DNA of 56,220 nucleotides from a virus, in the IMG/VR virus record IMGVR_UViG_3300028422_000156, one strand, 5' to 3'. The notes below the pieces were generated by a model. That model was not told where the DNA came from, did not search any database, and saw nothing but the letters and a program-made list of their open reading frames with translations. This document shows, piece after piece, positions 36,071-45,050 of this stretch. Positions within the stretch are counted from its first letter, which is position 1. The number at the start of each line of letters is the position of its first letter. The translations under genes were made by a program, and so were the position numbers.

Positions 36071-37027
36071 TTATGCCAGGGTAGACTTGGTAGCCAGCAG
36101 CAGAGCGACAGCCTCAGGCATGATTACCTTACGACCGTACAGCAAGAGAGTACGCCACCGCTCACCGAACTGATCCGGGTTAGGCAGGGTCTCAGTCTTG
36201 TTGATCTGAGATGCGAAGGTTACGGCATCCTTGACACCAGCCAGAATGGAGAAGGTCTCAACATCCGTACCACCAGTACCAATACCAGCCTCAGTTACAT
36301 GGTAAACAGAGTTGCTCTGGTAAACCATGAAGCGGTCAATCTGACCAATCAGACCCGTGCGGATTACACCAGTGGAGTCACCAGTTACATCAACACGCTT
36401 CAGGTCGCCTTTCTTCAGGAGGTTTGCATACCAAGCCGGAAGAACAATCCAACGACCCTCATCAGGAATATTGGCCTCATCGAGAACAGTACCAAGATCG
36501 GCAATCAACTCGACGGCATTATCAGCAGTTACGGTAATCGGAGCACCAGCAGCACCCAGATCATAACCGCCAGAGACAGCACCAGCAGTAGCACCTTTGT
36601 TATTGGCACCAACCTCGGTAGGAATGTAGGCCAGGATTCGACGGTCAGTATCGATCTTCAGAGAAAGACTGGCACGCTCGGCAAACAGTTCCATCAGCCC
36701 AAGGTCAGACTGCATCTTATCAACCTCATCAACCTCGAAAGCCTTATAGAACGCCTGATCAATCAGGAGAGTCCGTGCATTCTCGGAAGGAGTGTCGTAA
36801 ACAATAGGAGTACCAACAGAGTAAGCGGTTACATCACCAGCCACCGGGGTCGGAGCTACACGTACGTATACGGTATCACCCTTTCCAGAGATCTCACCTT
36901 CGTAGTCGGTGTTACAAATCTCATTCATTACGGTGGACTCGGTGAAGAGTCGCATTACCTTGGAGCTAAAAATCATCGGTGCATACTTCACCGCACCAGA
37001 CGAAGGATAAGTAGCGTTATAAGCCAT
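36071..37027 (-). CDS. Major capsid protein
   Basis: 318 aa. It follows the scaffold gene and is followed by a strong terminator. SD GAGGTAACAA upstream. The N-terminus MAYNATYPSSG is typical of capsid proteins in this class. Confidence 0.65.
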   Translation of the reverse strand: MAYNATYPSSGAVKYAPMIFSSKVMRLFTESTVMNEICNTDYEGEISGKGDTVYVRVAPTPVAGDVTAYSVGTPIVYDTPSENARTLLIDQAFYKAFEVDEVDKMQSDLGLMELFAERASLSLKIDTDRRILAYIPTEVGANNKGATAGAVSGGYDLGAAGAPITVTADNAVELIADLGTVLDEANIPDEGRWIVLPAWYANLLKKGDLKRVDVTGDSTGVIRTGLIGQIDRFMVYQSNSVYHVTEAGIGTGGTDVETFSILAGVKDAVTFASQINKTETLPNPDQFGERWRTLLLYGRKVIMPEAVALLLATKSTLA

Positions 37028-37038
37028 TTGTTACCTCA

Positions 37039-38028
37039 TCATTTATCAAGGATTTTTCCGGAAAGGAAAGCCTCCTCGATTCGCTTGTCGATTGCTAGTT
37101 GTTCAGAGCGACGACCTTTGTAGTAACCCTTCGATACCTTGGTCTGATGATCACGGATAAACGAAGTGGTAATAGTATCGTCGGAAATTTTAACCTCAGT
37201 AGTTGAAGAGGACGACCGTTGCGTCGGGCCTACTCTACTTGCGATAGAGTCTCTCTTAGGAGTTGCGACGGGTTTAAGAGTTTCTTTGTAAGCATTGAAG
37301 AACTGTGCAACACGTTCGACATCACCAATATTCTGAGCGGCTCTCATACGGTCGAGGCGGCTAACACCGGTAGCGTCTGGGATTCCAAGCCAATCAATGA
37401 ACTTACCATCATTGTTCATGATACGACAATCAGGTACATAAGACTCAAGCGCAACCAGGAAGGATTCATACTTCGCTGACTCTGCGGACTGCATACGAGA
37501 TGCTTCATCTTTCTGTCGCTGTGCCGTAAGATCCTGCTGAGTCTTTCGAGATTCAGCTTGGGTACGTTCAATAACACTCTTAATTGCATCTACTGCTTCA
37601 GTTCCGAGAACATCAACAACCTCTGGCTTGAAGAGTTCCTCCTGGGTAGGTGAGGGAGTAGCTAATTCCATGTCACTTACTTTCTGGATAAGATCAACCT
37701 TCTCTGCACGCAGGTCACGAACTTCGGATCGCAACTGATAAATCGTGGTATCGGTAGATGCCTTATACTTTCCAAAGCGGTACTCAGAGTCAAGTGCACG
37801 CTTCTTCCAATAGTCAAGACCCTGTTCAACTGGTTCCTCTTTAGTCTCTTGCTCAGTGGTTGAAACGACCTTGGCCTCAGTCGGCACTTCGGTTACGGAC
37901 GGTTCAGACTGTGTAGGGGTGGGAACGTCAGTGGTTCCCTCTGAGACTGTTTTCCCTTCTGCGGCTGCAATCAACTCAGCCTCCTGTTGTGCAAGCTTAG
38001 TTAATCGCTGTTCCTTCAATGTACTCAT
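37039..38028 (-). CDS. Scaffolding protein
   Basis: Charged coiled-coil ORF between the portal and capsid genes. I chose the start at ATG 38028, which follows an AAGGAG SD. Confidence 0.5.
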   Translation of the reverse strand: MSTLKEQRLTKLAQQEAELIAAAEGKTVSEGTTDVPTPTQSEPSVTEVPTEAKVVSTTEQETKEEPVEQGLDYWKKRALDSEYRFGKYKASTDTTIYQLRSEVRDLRAEKVDLIQKVSDMELATPSPTQEELFKPEVVDVLGTEAVDAIKSVIERTQAESRKTQQDLTAQRQKDEASRMQSAESAKYESFLVALESYVPDCRIMNNDGKFIDWLGIPDATGVSRLDRMRAAQNIGDVERVAQFFNAYKETLKPVATPKRDSIASRVGPTQRSSSSTTEVKISDDTITTSFIRDHQTKVSKGYYKGRRSEQLAIDKRIEEAFLSGKILDK

Positions 38029-38152
38029 GCGGCTCCTTATGTGATATGCTGTACGAGTGTCTTGGTGATTCACATCCTTGCGACAAGCATGGTTAGTGTG
38101 CTCCCGTTAAGCAACACTAGATAACTGTCGTAGGTCTCCGTGAGGCCAGACT

Positions 38153-38344
38153 CTACTGTTGTTTGATTAGATCACGAAGATAGTCAATGGCAGCAGAATA
38201 CCCTTGAACATACCGTACGTCATCCTTGGTTTCCTTTAGATTCTTGATGACCTGCCTATCGATTTCCTCAAGAACCCTACGCATTACCGTAGGGTCTTGG
38301 GATTTCAATCGGTCTTTAAGATTCGATTCCAGTTGTATTACCAC
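38153..38344 (-). CDS. Small hypothetical protein
   Basis: 63-aa ORF with a GTG start that overlaps the end of the portal gene. Confidence 0.35.
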   Translation of the reverse strand: MVIQLESNLKDRLKSQDPTVMRRVLEEIDRQVIKNLKETKDDVRYVQGYSAAIDYLRDLIKQQ

Positions 38345-40760
38345 CGGTTTCCTCTCTTATATCTCTCTCTTGTTGCTTTAACTGTGCGTTGACAGAAAGT
38401 TTTCTTGTTTCAAGGTCACGTTTAGACTGACTCGTCTCGGTTGCAATCTTCTCCTGGGATTGGATCTTCCCGGCAGCAATTCGAGTTTGCTGGTCAATCT
38501 GGACTGCCTTAAGTTCCTGATCACGAGCCTTAAGCTGAGCCTTAAGTTGCTCTACCTCACGCTTCATCTGCATTGATTCTTGATGCATCTGCTGCTGCCC
38601 ACCGACCTGAACCTTAGTTGCTTCAAGTCCAATCGACTGCTTCTGTTGCTCAAGCTGCATAGCCTGTTTCTGTTGCTGTGCTCGTGACTGCTGATCTTCA
38701 ATATCTTTCTGCTTAACCTCAAGTCGACTAGGTACAATGTCCTCGTTAAAGTTAGCAGTCTTGAATGTCTTTCTTAACATATCTGCTCGACCAACCTTTC
38801 CGATGATACTCATATCGTACTCATTAGCGGTAGCCTTAAGAAGCTCACGTTGAACTTCCTGCTCCATAGCTTTCAGAGTGATTGCTTCAGCAGCATATAC
38901 AATGACGTTTATATCTCCATGATAGTTGACTGGATTGCCTTCCTCTTCTTCCTTGAGTAGATGTAGGTAGAATTGGTACTCTGCTCGTGGTACTAAGACA
39001 CCTTCAGAAATATTCTTGATGGCACTCTTGATACCTTTACTAGCAGACTCCATAAGGATGTTAAGACCACCCATCGTTTGTCCGGCACCACCAACCTGCT
39101 CGTTTCCATAAGCATATCTTGGGATACCTGTGACATCATCAGCTTTAATTTCAAATCGATCATAGACTGCAAGCAACTCATTAGCGTTACTCGGAATCGT
39201 GAACCACTCAATAGGTCGGCCACCATTACCTTGAGGATCGCTAGTGAACTGCCAAATCATGTGCGGTCGTTGTTCCTCAATAGCACCATCAGCAGCAAGA
39301 CGATCAACTAGGATAGCACATTGAGGACCAGCACTCAGGCCCATATTATCAGCCAAAGCACGGGCAGCACCGTTGCACATTCGCTGGATGTCCCTCATAC
39401 TCGCTGGCATACTTTTACCCCAGATCGAGCCAGGACGTTTACTATAAGAGGCAGAGTAATAAGGTCTGCGGCCCAGAGGATCACGGTTGATGCAACACTT
39501 GATAATCGAATGATTCACTAGAATAGCTTCGATCTCAACCTCTTCCCAATCCTCAAGCATCTCAAGATCCTCTTCTTCCATACCCCAATCCTTCAAGAGT
39601 TTTACGGAAGCAGTTCCCCAGAAATGAATACCATTATAGATGCCAATATTAGCTTGGTCTTGTGACCCACGTTTCTCCAAGACAGCTTTAGTCTCTTCGA
39701 TGTTGTTGCTAGTACCAAGAGTCTGAGGAGTCTCGTTAAGGACTTTGATGATGTTCTTGCGTTTGTATCCCTGAGCTTTCTTCATGTGAGCAAGAGCACT
39801 CAGATCTTTACGTGAGAGCCGTATGTGCTCAATGAAGTTCCCATCATAAATGCTATCAGCACTTGGGCTAGGATAGATGTCGAAGGGAGACACACGCTTG
39901 TTCATGAATATAATATCTCGAATCTCTTTAGGTTTACCGTTCTCGTAGGTAAGTTTCTTGCTTGTGGTAACGATTGGTCCTTTGATGAACGCAGTCGGAA
40001 ACACAAGAAAGTCATTGATAAACTCAGAGAACGCAGTATCCCAACTGCCTTGCTTCAGATCATCTAGTACCACACGTTGAATCATGCGACACTGTTGGTT
40101 TGCTTCTTTGTTAATCTCAGATGTAATAGCTTCCTGGAGATCACGTTTGAGTTCATTCATCTCACGGAGTTCACGAGAAGCAGCCATAGCAGTCGGAGGT
40201 TTCTGCTCCTGCTGCACTGGTTGACCGTCTGGACCCACTTGCTGCTGCTGTTGTTCCTGTGGCTGCTGAGCATACTTCTCACGAAGCTTCCCAATTAACT
40301 CCTGCTGATCCTGCTCGAAGGCAGCACGAATCTGATCCTCAATCTCAGAGGGTAGCTCTTCCAAAGGAGTAGGACGGAACTCCATAGGGAATGCATTAGC
40401 TGGCTGAAGAATATCCTGAATCCAACTGACACCTGCACGCTTCTTAGTTGCGGTAAGGTTCATAAAGATCTTGGATCTGTTAGGCATGTTGGCAATCTCT
40501 TCTGGAGTATACTCGCCATTCACCTGATAAACAGACTCAATCATCTCACGATCAACACCAGCCTGATCCCTTGCATTCTTATTTTCCTCGAAGGTCTTAA
40601 GGATGTGACCCTCAAGTGTCTGATAGAATGCCTCCTTCTCTTCTTCCTCTTCGTAAAGAGACTCATCGAGATTAGCTACTACTTGCTCGACAATATCTGA
40701 GATACCTTGGACCTGAATCCCTGGAATATCTCTGTAGCCTTCTGTCTTATCCGGTTCCAT
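38316..40760 (-). CDS. Portal protein
   Basis: 814 aa, directly downstream of the large terminase and upstream of scaffold/capsid. SD GGAGGAA upstream. Confidence 0.6.
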   Translation of the reverse strand: MEPDKTEGYRDIPGIQVQGISDIVEQVVANLDESLYEEEEEKEAFYQTLEGHILKTFEENKNARDQAGVDREMIESVYQVNGEYTPEEIANMPNRSKIFMNLTATKKRAGVSWIQDILQPANAFPMEFRPTPLEELPSEIEDQIRAAFEQDQQELIGKLREKYAQQPQEQQQQQVGPDGQPVQQEQKPPTAMAASRELREMNELKRDLQEAITSEINKEANQQCRMIQRVVLDDLKQGSWDTAFSEFINDFLVFPTAFIKGPIVTTSKKLTYENGKPKEIRDIIFMNKRVSPFDIYPSPSADSIYDGNFIEHIRLSRKDLSALAHMKKAQGYKRKNIIKVLNETPQTLGTSNNIEETKAVLEKRGSQDQANIGIYNGIHFWGTASVKLLKDWGMEEEDLEMLEDWEEVEIEAILVNHSIIKCCINRDPLGRRPYYSASYSKRPGSIWGKSMPASMRDIQRMCNGAARALADNMGLSAGPQCAILVDRLAADGAIEEQRPHMIWQFTSDPQGNGGRPIEWFTIPSNANELLAVYDRFEIKADDVTGIPRYAYGNEQVGGAGQTMGGLNILMESASKGIKSAIKNISEGVLVPRAEYQFYLHLLKEEEEGNPVNYHGDINVIVYAAEAITLKAMEQEVQRELLKATANEYDMSIIGKVGRADMLRKTFKTANFNEDIVPSRLEVKQKDIEDQQSRAQQQKQAMQLEQQKQSIGLEATKVQVGGQQQMHQESMQMKREVEQLKAQLKARDQELKAVQIDQQTRIAAGKIQSQEKIATETSQSKRDLETRKLSVNAQLKQQERDIREETGGNTTGIES

Positions 40761-40775
40761 ATTCCTCCACTATTT

Positions 40776-40790
40776 TGTCGAAGTTCGACA
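40776..40790 (-). repeat. 15-bp palindrome family copy 16 (TGTCGAAGTTCGACA)
   Basis: Exact match 15 nt upstream of the portal ATG. The - strand reads GATAATGTCGAACTTCGACAAAATAGTGGAGGAATATG. Confidence 0.9.
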
Positions 40791-40871
40791 TTATCATACA
40801 AGAAGGCCCAATCGTAATGAAGATCAGAGTCAACATCAGAGGATTGGGCACGATTATAGTTTATATCTCGT

Positions 40872-42290
40872 TCAAATATAGAACCCGTTTGATTTCAAGA
40901 TGGGACGAACCTTAGCCCTACCGACACCAATAACAGCAGCATACGCCTCATCACCAAAGGTAAGAGCAATGGCATCAGCAATATCTGGAGACTTCATACC
41001 AGCACGTTTGAGATCTTTCTTACTCGTCAGCATCAACTGCATCTTAGAGTTATACCCATAGGTCATACCAACAAGCTGATCTCGAAGGTCGGGCATGTAA
41101 GGTATAGAAGCACCAGTCATCATCCAGTTCTTCATCTCACCCCAAAGCTGCGAACGAACATTGAAGTATTCTAGTGGTTTACTTGAGCGGTTACTTGAAA
41201 TAACAGCCTTCACCGGCATCCCAAGAGCCTTGCACCTATCGAACACACCAGCACCAATACCGATAGCATCGATGAACACGATAGTACCACGGTAACGATT
41301 CTGGTATTCCAGTAGGGAACCTGCGACCTCTTGTGTATCCTGGTTCTTGATACGTGTGATGTTAATAATATGTGGGCCTTGTCTAGCTACAAAGACTGTC
41401 TCATCATCACCAAAGCGTGCAATATCAGCCCCAATCTTCACAGGGTATTCCTTGTAGAAGTTAGGATCATTCTGTGTACTCATCGCATTATCTACGATTA
41501 AGGCAGAGATGAACTGAGTATCGGTAGCTCTTGGGAACTGACCTAGTACACCAATCCGATACTGATCCGAGTCCTCACCATAATACTCTTTTACCTCCTT
41601 GATCCATCGGTCAGACACATGAGGACAGTCGAAGGCAGTAAAGTACATTGTTTCCCAGACGGTGTTATCATCCCTATGGAAGATCTCATAGAAAGCACCA
41701 GAGCTTCTAGTTGGGTTGGATGTAAGTACGAAGCGTCCACCATTGCCGGTACTGAGCGTTCTCTGTAATACTTTGAACGTCTCTTCATCGATACCTGAAG
41801 CCTCATCAGCTAAGATAATGTAGTTCTCGGAATGCCCACCCTGTAGAGATTCTTTGTTATCCGCAGAAGCAGTAACAAGGTTAGCCACCTGAACCCTAGT
41901 GTTCATCGTTAGCTGCACACGTTCACGAGTGACCTCGAACATCTCTGAGAAAGTCCTGGGCATCTTGCCTTTCCACTTCATCATCTCAGCATAATAAACA
42001 CGAGTCAACTGAGAGTAACTAGGCGAGGTAACAATAATACGGCAGTCGTTCTGAGTCAGAAGTAACAAGAAGGTCATCCATGCGAGTACGGTTGTCTTAC
42101 CTGCACCAGTACAACTGGAGACAGCCACACGACAATAGGGTTTCCACATGGCAAGGATAAGCTTCTCTTGCTGCTTGGTTGGTGTTGCTCCGAACAATTC
42201 CTTTACACCCTGGATGGGATCTTGGGACCACCGGAATAAGAAGTCAGCAATCTTTTCATTAGGCAACATTGGTTTGTCGAAGTTCGACAT
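40872..42290 (-). CDS. terL: Terminase large subunit
   Basis: Walker A SCTGAGKTT, ILADEASGI, and a C-terminal nuclease region. I chose the start at ATG 42290, which follows GGAGGAGGAGAG. Confidence 0.85.
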   Translation of the reverse strand: MSNFDKPMLPNEKIADFLFRWSQDPIQGVKELFGATPTKQQEKLILAMWKPYCRVAVSSCTGAGKTTVLAWMTFLLLLTQNDCRIIVTSPSYSQLTRVYYAEMMKWKGKMPRTFSEMFEVTRERVQLTMNTRVQVANLVTASADNKESLQGGHSENYIILADEASGIDEETFKVLQRTLSTGNGGRFVLTSNPTRSSGAFYEIFHRDDNTVWETMYFTAFDCPHVSDRWIKEVKEYYGEDSDQYRIGVLGQFPRATDTQFISALIVDNAMSTQNDPNFYKEYPVKIGADIARFGDDETVFVARQGPHIINITRIKNQDTQEVAGSLLEYQNRYRGTIVFIDAIGIGAGVFDRCKALGMPVKAVISSNRSSKPLEYFNVRSQLWGEMKNWMMTGASIPYMPDLRDQLVGMTYGYNSKMQLMLTSKKDLKRAGMKSPDIADAIALTFGDEAYAAVIGVGRAKVRPILKSNGFYI

Positions 42291-43131
42291 TTTCACTCTC
42301 CTCCTCCAGTGTATCCGGGTCTACGTATGTTCCAGATGGTGTAAGTGCTAACTCTATAGTCTCGGAACTGGCTAACTCTGCTTGCCTCTGCAACATGATC
42401 TCGAAAGAATCATCAAGGCTAAACCGATTATCCACCTGAGTCTTATCCACAAAGACACCCTCAGTACGCCCAAGATCCGACAGAAGCTTAGCGATAGTTG
42501 GTGCATTCTTAGGATCATTCTGGTTCCTGAGTTGAGCAATAGTTCTCCAGATCTCTGCCTGAATAGCTTCCTTACTTACCTTGAAGTCAGATACGAATTG
42601 AGTCTGAAGCTCACGCATGTAGGAGATGAGGTTGGGTTTAGACTTAAGGTACGTTACCCTAAGCTCCAGTACCCGATCCCTCTCAGTCTGCCCCATAGTC
42701 TTAAGAATACCTACATCAAGACCAGCGGTAACTAGAGCAGCCTTAGCATCACCCTCGTAGATCAATAGGTAACAAAAGGTACGCTCGTCTTCGGTAAGTA
42801 CAGGATCATTACCTTCAGATAGCTTAGCAATGAATCTCTTGTTGACATCATTGTCCAGGGCTTTCGTTGGTGCCCAATAGTATTTCTTTCCAGCCTGATC
42901 AAGCAAGGAAGAGTGTACAAGCTGCTTAGTCTCGTATGACTGATTGAGAGCCTTGATGGTCTTGGTGATGAACCCCTTGATAGTCTTAGGAGTTACATCG
43001 AACTGCTTTGCAATCTCTTCTTCACTAATGTTGTCCAGGTACATCGTGAGGATTTCCCACTCGTGTCCTGCGGTTGCTCTTGCCGGTCCTTTTCGTTTTC
43101 GAACTGTAGCTGAAGTTTCTTTAGTAGTCAT
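42259..43131 (-). CDS. terS: Terminase small subunit-like protein with an N-terminal HTH
   Basis: First gene of the leftward arm, overlapping terL. HTH ISEEEIAKQFDVTPKTIKGF, plus a Terminase_2-like FCYLLIYEGDAKAALVTAG segment. Confidence 0.55.
   Translation of the reverse strand: MTTKETSATVRKRKGPARATAGHEWEILTMYLDNISEEEIAKQFDVTPKTIKGFITKTIKALNQSYETKQLVHSSLLDQAGKKYYWAPTKALDNDVNKRFIAKLSEGNDPVLTEDERTFCYLLIYEGDAKAALVTAGLDVGILKTMGQTERDRVLELRVTYLKSKPNLISYMRELQTQFVSDFKVSKEAIQAEIWRTIAQLRNQNDPKNAPTIAKLLSDLGRTEGVFVDKTQVDNRFSLDDSFEIMLQRQAELASSETIELALTPSGTYVDPDTLEEESENVELRQTNVA
42275..42289 (-). repeat. 15-bp palindrome family copy 17 (TGTCGAAGTTCGACA)
   Basis: Exact match. Its ATG is the probable terL start codon (M-S-N-F-D-K). 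Confidence 0.9.
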
Positions 43132-43238
43132 CCCACCCCATATAAGAAAACACCTGATTCCAAAGTTACGCTCGGAACCGGTGTCGCTAGTAATTAGATA
43201 AAGCTATCGCCTTGTAAGGCCCTTGTCTTACTTTATAT

Positions 43239-43306
43239 CTACTTGAGAATCACTTTAGTTCTACTTGGGAACCACTTTAGTAATCAAGCACTTGGATACT
43301 TTAGAA
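43239..43306. repeat. 22-bp tandem iterons (CTACTTGRGAAYCACTTTAGTW x2, plus a partial third)
   Basis: CTACTTGAGAATCACTTTAGTT / CTACTTGGGAACCACTTTAGTA / ..GCACTTGGATACTTTAGAA. Confidence 0.8.
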
Positions 43307-43560
43307 TACAGTAAGAGAGTTTGGCCCAAGATTATGCGTGAAATCGGTAGGTTACTAGGGCGCACAGTGGGCACCTCGCGCGGCCAGGGGGCATCGCCAG
43401 CCAACCTAGGAATCGCTCTCATTCTCACGAAAGCCCCCACCCCCTTGCGAAACCATCGAAAACCCAAGAATACCCTAGGTGTAAGGTGCTGGAATTACAG
43501 GGGAAATCCTAAGGTGCTAGGGTTGTGCATTGGTTCGGGTGTTGCTAGGGTTCGCGGGTG

Positions 43561-43625
43561 TTATCCCTAGATATCCCTAGATATCCCTAGATACCCCTAG
43601 ATACCCCTAGACACCCTTAGATACC
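43561..43625. repeat. 10-bp tandem repeat (ATAYCCCTAG, about 6.5 copies)
   Basis: ttatccctag atatccctag atatccctag atacccctag atacccctag acacccttag atacc. Confidence 0.95.
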
Positions 43626-43629
43626 ACAA

Positions 43630-43654
43630 GCAACCCACGCAACCCACGCAACCC
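43630..43654. repeat. 9-bp tandem repeat (GCAACCCAC, about 2.8 copies)
   Basis: gcaacccac gcaacccac gcaaccct. Confidence 0.85.
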
Positions 43655-43906
43655 TTGTTTTCCGCTATAGTGTATTCACTAGAATGCACTGGTTTATACC
43701 TTGGTTCCTCTCTTGTGCCGTCCAGAGTCCTCTTGTGGAGGCAAGGTAATTTCCTTCCATAGCATTATTGCCAGTTTCGAGTGGTTCCTATAGAGGATAG
43801 CACTCTATCGAATACTCTCTGATCTTGTTTCGAGTAGTCCTCTCTTGTGTTGTGTATGGTACTTTCGTGAGTTAGTGAGAATAATACCTATTACCATCTT
43901 TTAGTC

Positions 43907-43942
43907 CTTCTCTTGTGTTCTCTTGTGTTCTCGCTTGTGTTT
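43907..43942. repeat. 10-bp tandem repeat (TCTTGTGTTC x3), with dispersed CTCTTGTG copies at about 43708, 43729 and 43840
   Basis: tcttgtgttc tcttgtgttc tcgcttgtgt. Confidence 0.85.
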
Positions 43943-44013
43943 TCTAGTGGATAATATTTTTCACCTGTTTTTTCTCTTTCGTGGTTAGATATAAAACACA
44001 AGAAAGCTTTTGA

Positions 44014-44084
44014 TTTTTCTTTTTTCTTTTCTTTAGAGGGAGGGTTTGAAAGGGAGGGAGACCTTTCTTTTCTTTTTTCTTTTT
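44014..44084 (+). other. 31-nt homopyrimidine mirror repeat enclosing a G-quadruplex motif (GGGAGGG-N7-GGGAGGG)
   Basis: T5CT6CT4CT3-AGAGGGAGGG-TTTGAAA-GGGAGGGAGA-CC-T3CT4CT6CT5. This is same-strand mirror symmetry, not reverse-complement symmetry. Confidence 0.85.
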
Positions 44085-44098
44085 GTCGATCTTCGACA
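44084..44098 (-). repeat. 15-bp palindrome family copy 18 (TGTCGATCTTCGACA)
   Basis: Exact match abutting the mirror repeat in the control region. Flanks TT..TT point toward the leftward arm. Confidence 0.9.
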
Positions 44099-44233
44099 TT
44101 ATCCCCTTGTTTCCCTTGTTTCCTTGTATTTCCGCTAGTTTATCCTTTGTTGTCTTTTTGTTGTCCTCTGTTTTCCTCCTTGTTCTTTTCTGTTTTCTAT
44201 CGTCATTCCACGCATTTACCTACTACCTACCGC

Positions 44234-44283
44234 ATTTCCACACAAACTTGTAAAAACCGCCATATTTCCACACAAACTTGTAA
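44234..44283. repeat. 20-bp direct repeat ATTTCCACACAAACTTGTAA x2 (30-bp period)
   Basis: Identical 20-mers at 44234 and 44264. A partial TACAAACTTGTGA follows at about 44350. Confidence 0.9.
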
Positions 44284-44534
44284 GACTATTTTTCTATCGT
44301 GATTTCACATACTTACGCATCATTTGAGAATCATTCTCCTGTTTAGGCTTTACAAACTTGTGATTTTCCTTATCATGCCCATTTTTGACCTAAAATTTAT
44401 TTATGTAATCATTCCGGCATCTTAAACGTCATTTTCAAAACTGGCACGGGTGATGCTATAGTTAGGGCACAAGCGAGGCAAACGGCGCCAAGCTAACTAA
44501 GACCAAGAAAAACGATGGAGGATAAAAAAAAAGC

Positions 44535-44563
44535 TTGCAGGACTCGAAAGCATCTTGTAAGGT
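44535..44563 (+). promoter_or_regulatory. Sigma-70-type early promoter candidate A
   Basis: A9 tract, then TTGCAG, a 17-nt spacer and TAAGGT. It shares CTTGTARGRT and GAACGGTTCGG context with candidate B. Confidence 0.5.
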
Positions 44564-44742
44564 GCTTGGGACGGTTCGGGATAAACTTGAACCACAACGG
44601 GTGGAGGTAAGCTTAAATATGATCGCTCGCCAGGAACGACTGGCACCTTGCAAAGCATCACTTGAAACCTTGGAGTTTAAAACGGGGCACACGACAGCGA
44701 GACCTAGCAAGGGAAAAAAGCGAAACAAAGAAAAAAAAAAGG

Positions 44743-44771
44743 TTGACAAGCTACCGGAAAGCTTGTAGGAT
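44743..44771 (+). promoter_or_regulatory. Sigma-70-type early promoter candidate B
   Basis: A10 tract (UP-like), then TTGACA, a 17-nt spacer and TAGGAT. Confidence 0.6.
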
Positions 44772-45008
44772 GGCCTGAACGGTTCGGAAATTTTCGAGCT
44801 AAAGACTAACCCTGATCTTTACATAGCACCTTGACTCCCTGATTGTAGGGGTAGATTGTCAAGACATTACCCGAAACGGCGTGACGGGCGGCAGGTCGCA
44901 AACGGATTCCCGGAGAATCTACCTAATGAGCGAAACGGCGGCGGTATTGTTTCCAGGTTTCAAGCGGACCACTCAAGGTACTCTTGCAAGCTGAAAACAA
45001 ACCGATCC

Positions 45009-45023
45009 TGTCGAACATCGACA
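45009..45023 (+). repeat. 15-bp palindrome family copy 19 (TGTCGAACATCGACA)
   Basis: Exact match 28 nt upstream of ATG 45051. Confidence 0.9.
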
Positions 45024-45050
45024 AATAAACCCAAGACGAAAGGGAAAACA

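Noticed and set aside
35939-37123. 394-aa ORF on the + strand
   Set aside because: It is antisense to the major capsid gene and its neighbours. Its composition is low-complexity Ser/Arg/Thr-rich, and no start context is present. I treat it as a shadow ORF. The same reasoning applies to 10981..11628(-), 6527..7141(-), 47373..47927(-), 48157..48747(-), 19798..20433(+), 15296..15826(-) and the other short antisense ORFs in the track.
40807-40850. Long-range inverted repeat GCCCAATC...GATTGGGC between terL and the portal gene
   Set aside because: The 8-bp arms are separated by a loop of about 28 nt, there is no U tract, and it is a single occurrence. That is not enough to call a terminator or regulatory hairpin.
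43261-43570. ORFs 43265..43570(+) and 43261..43467(-) in the control region
   Set aside because: They run through iterons and CTAGGG repeat arrays, lack an SD, and overlap each other on opposite strands. The region behaves as non-coding regulatory DNA.
43561-43625. Possible CRISPR array
   Set aside because: The 10-bp units are directly adjacent with no spacers, and no cas genes are present. This is a simple tandem repeat.
44462-44768. ORFs 44535..44768(+) and 44462..44749(-)
   Set aside because: They span the duplicated A-tract/promoter units and begin at non-ATG codons with no SD. They are more plausibly promoter DNA than genes.
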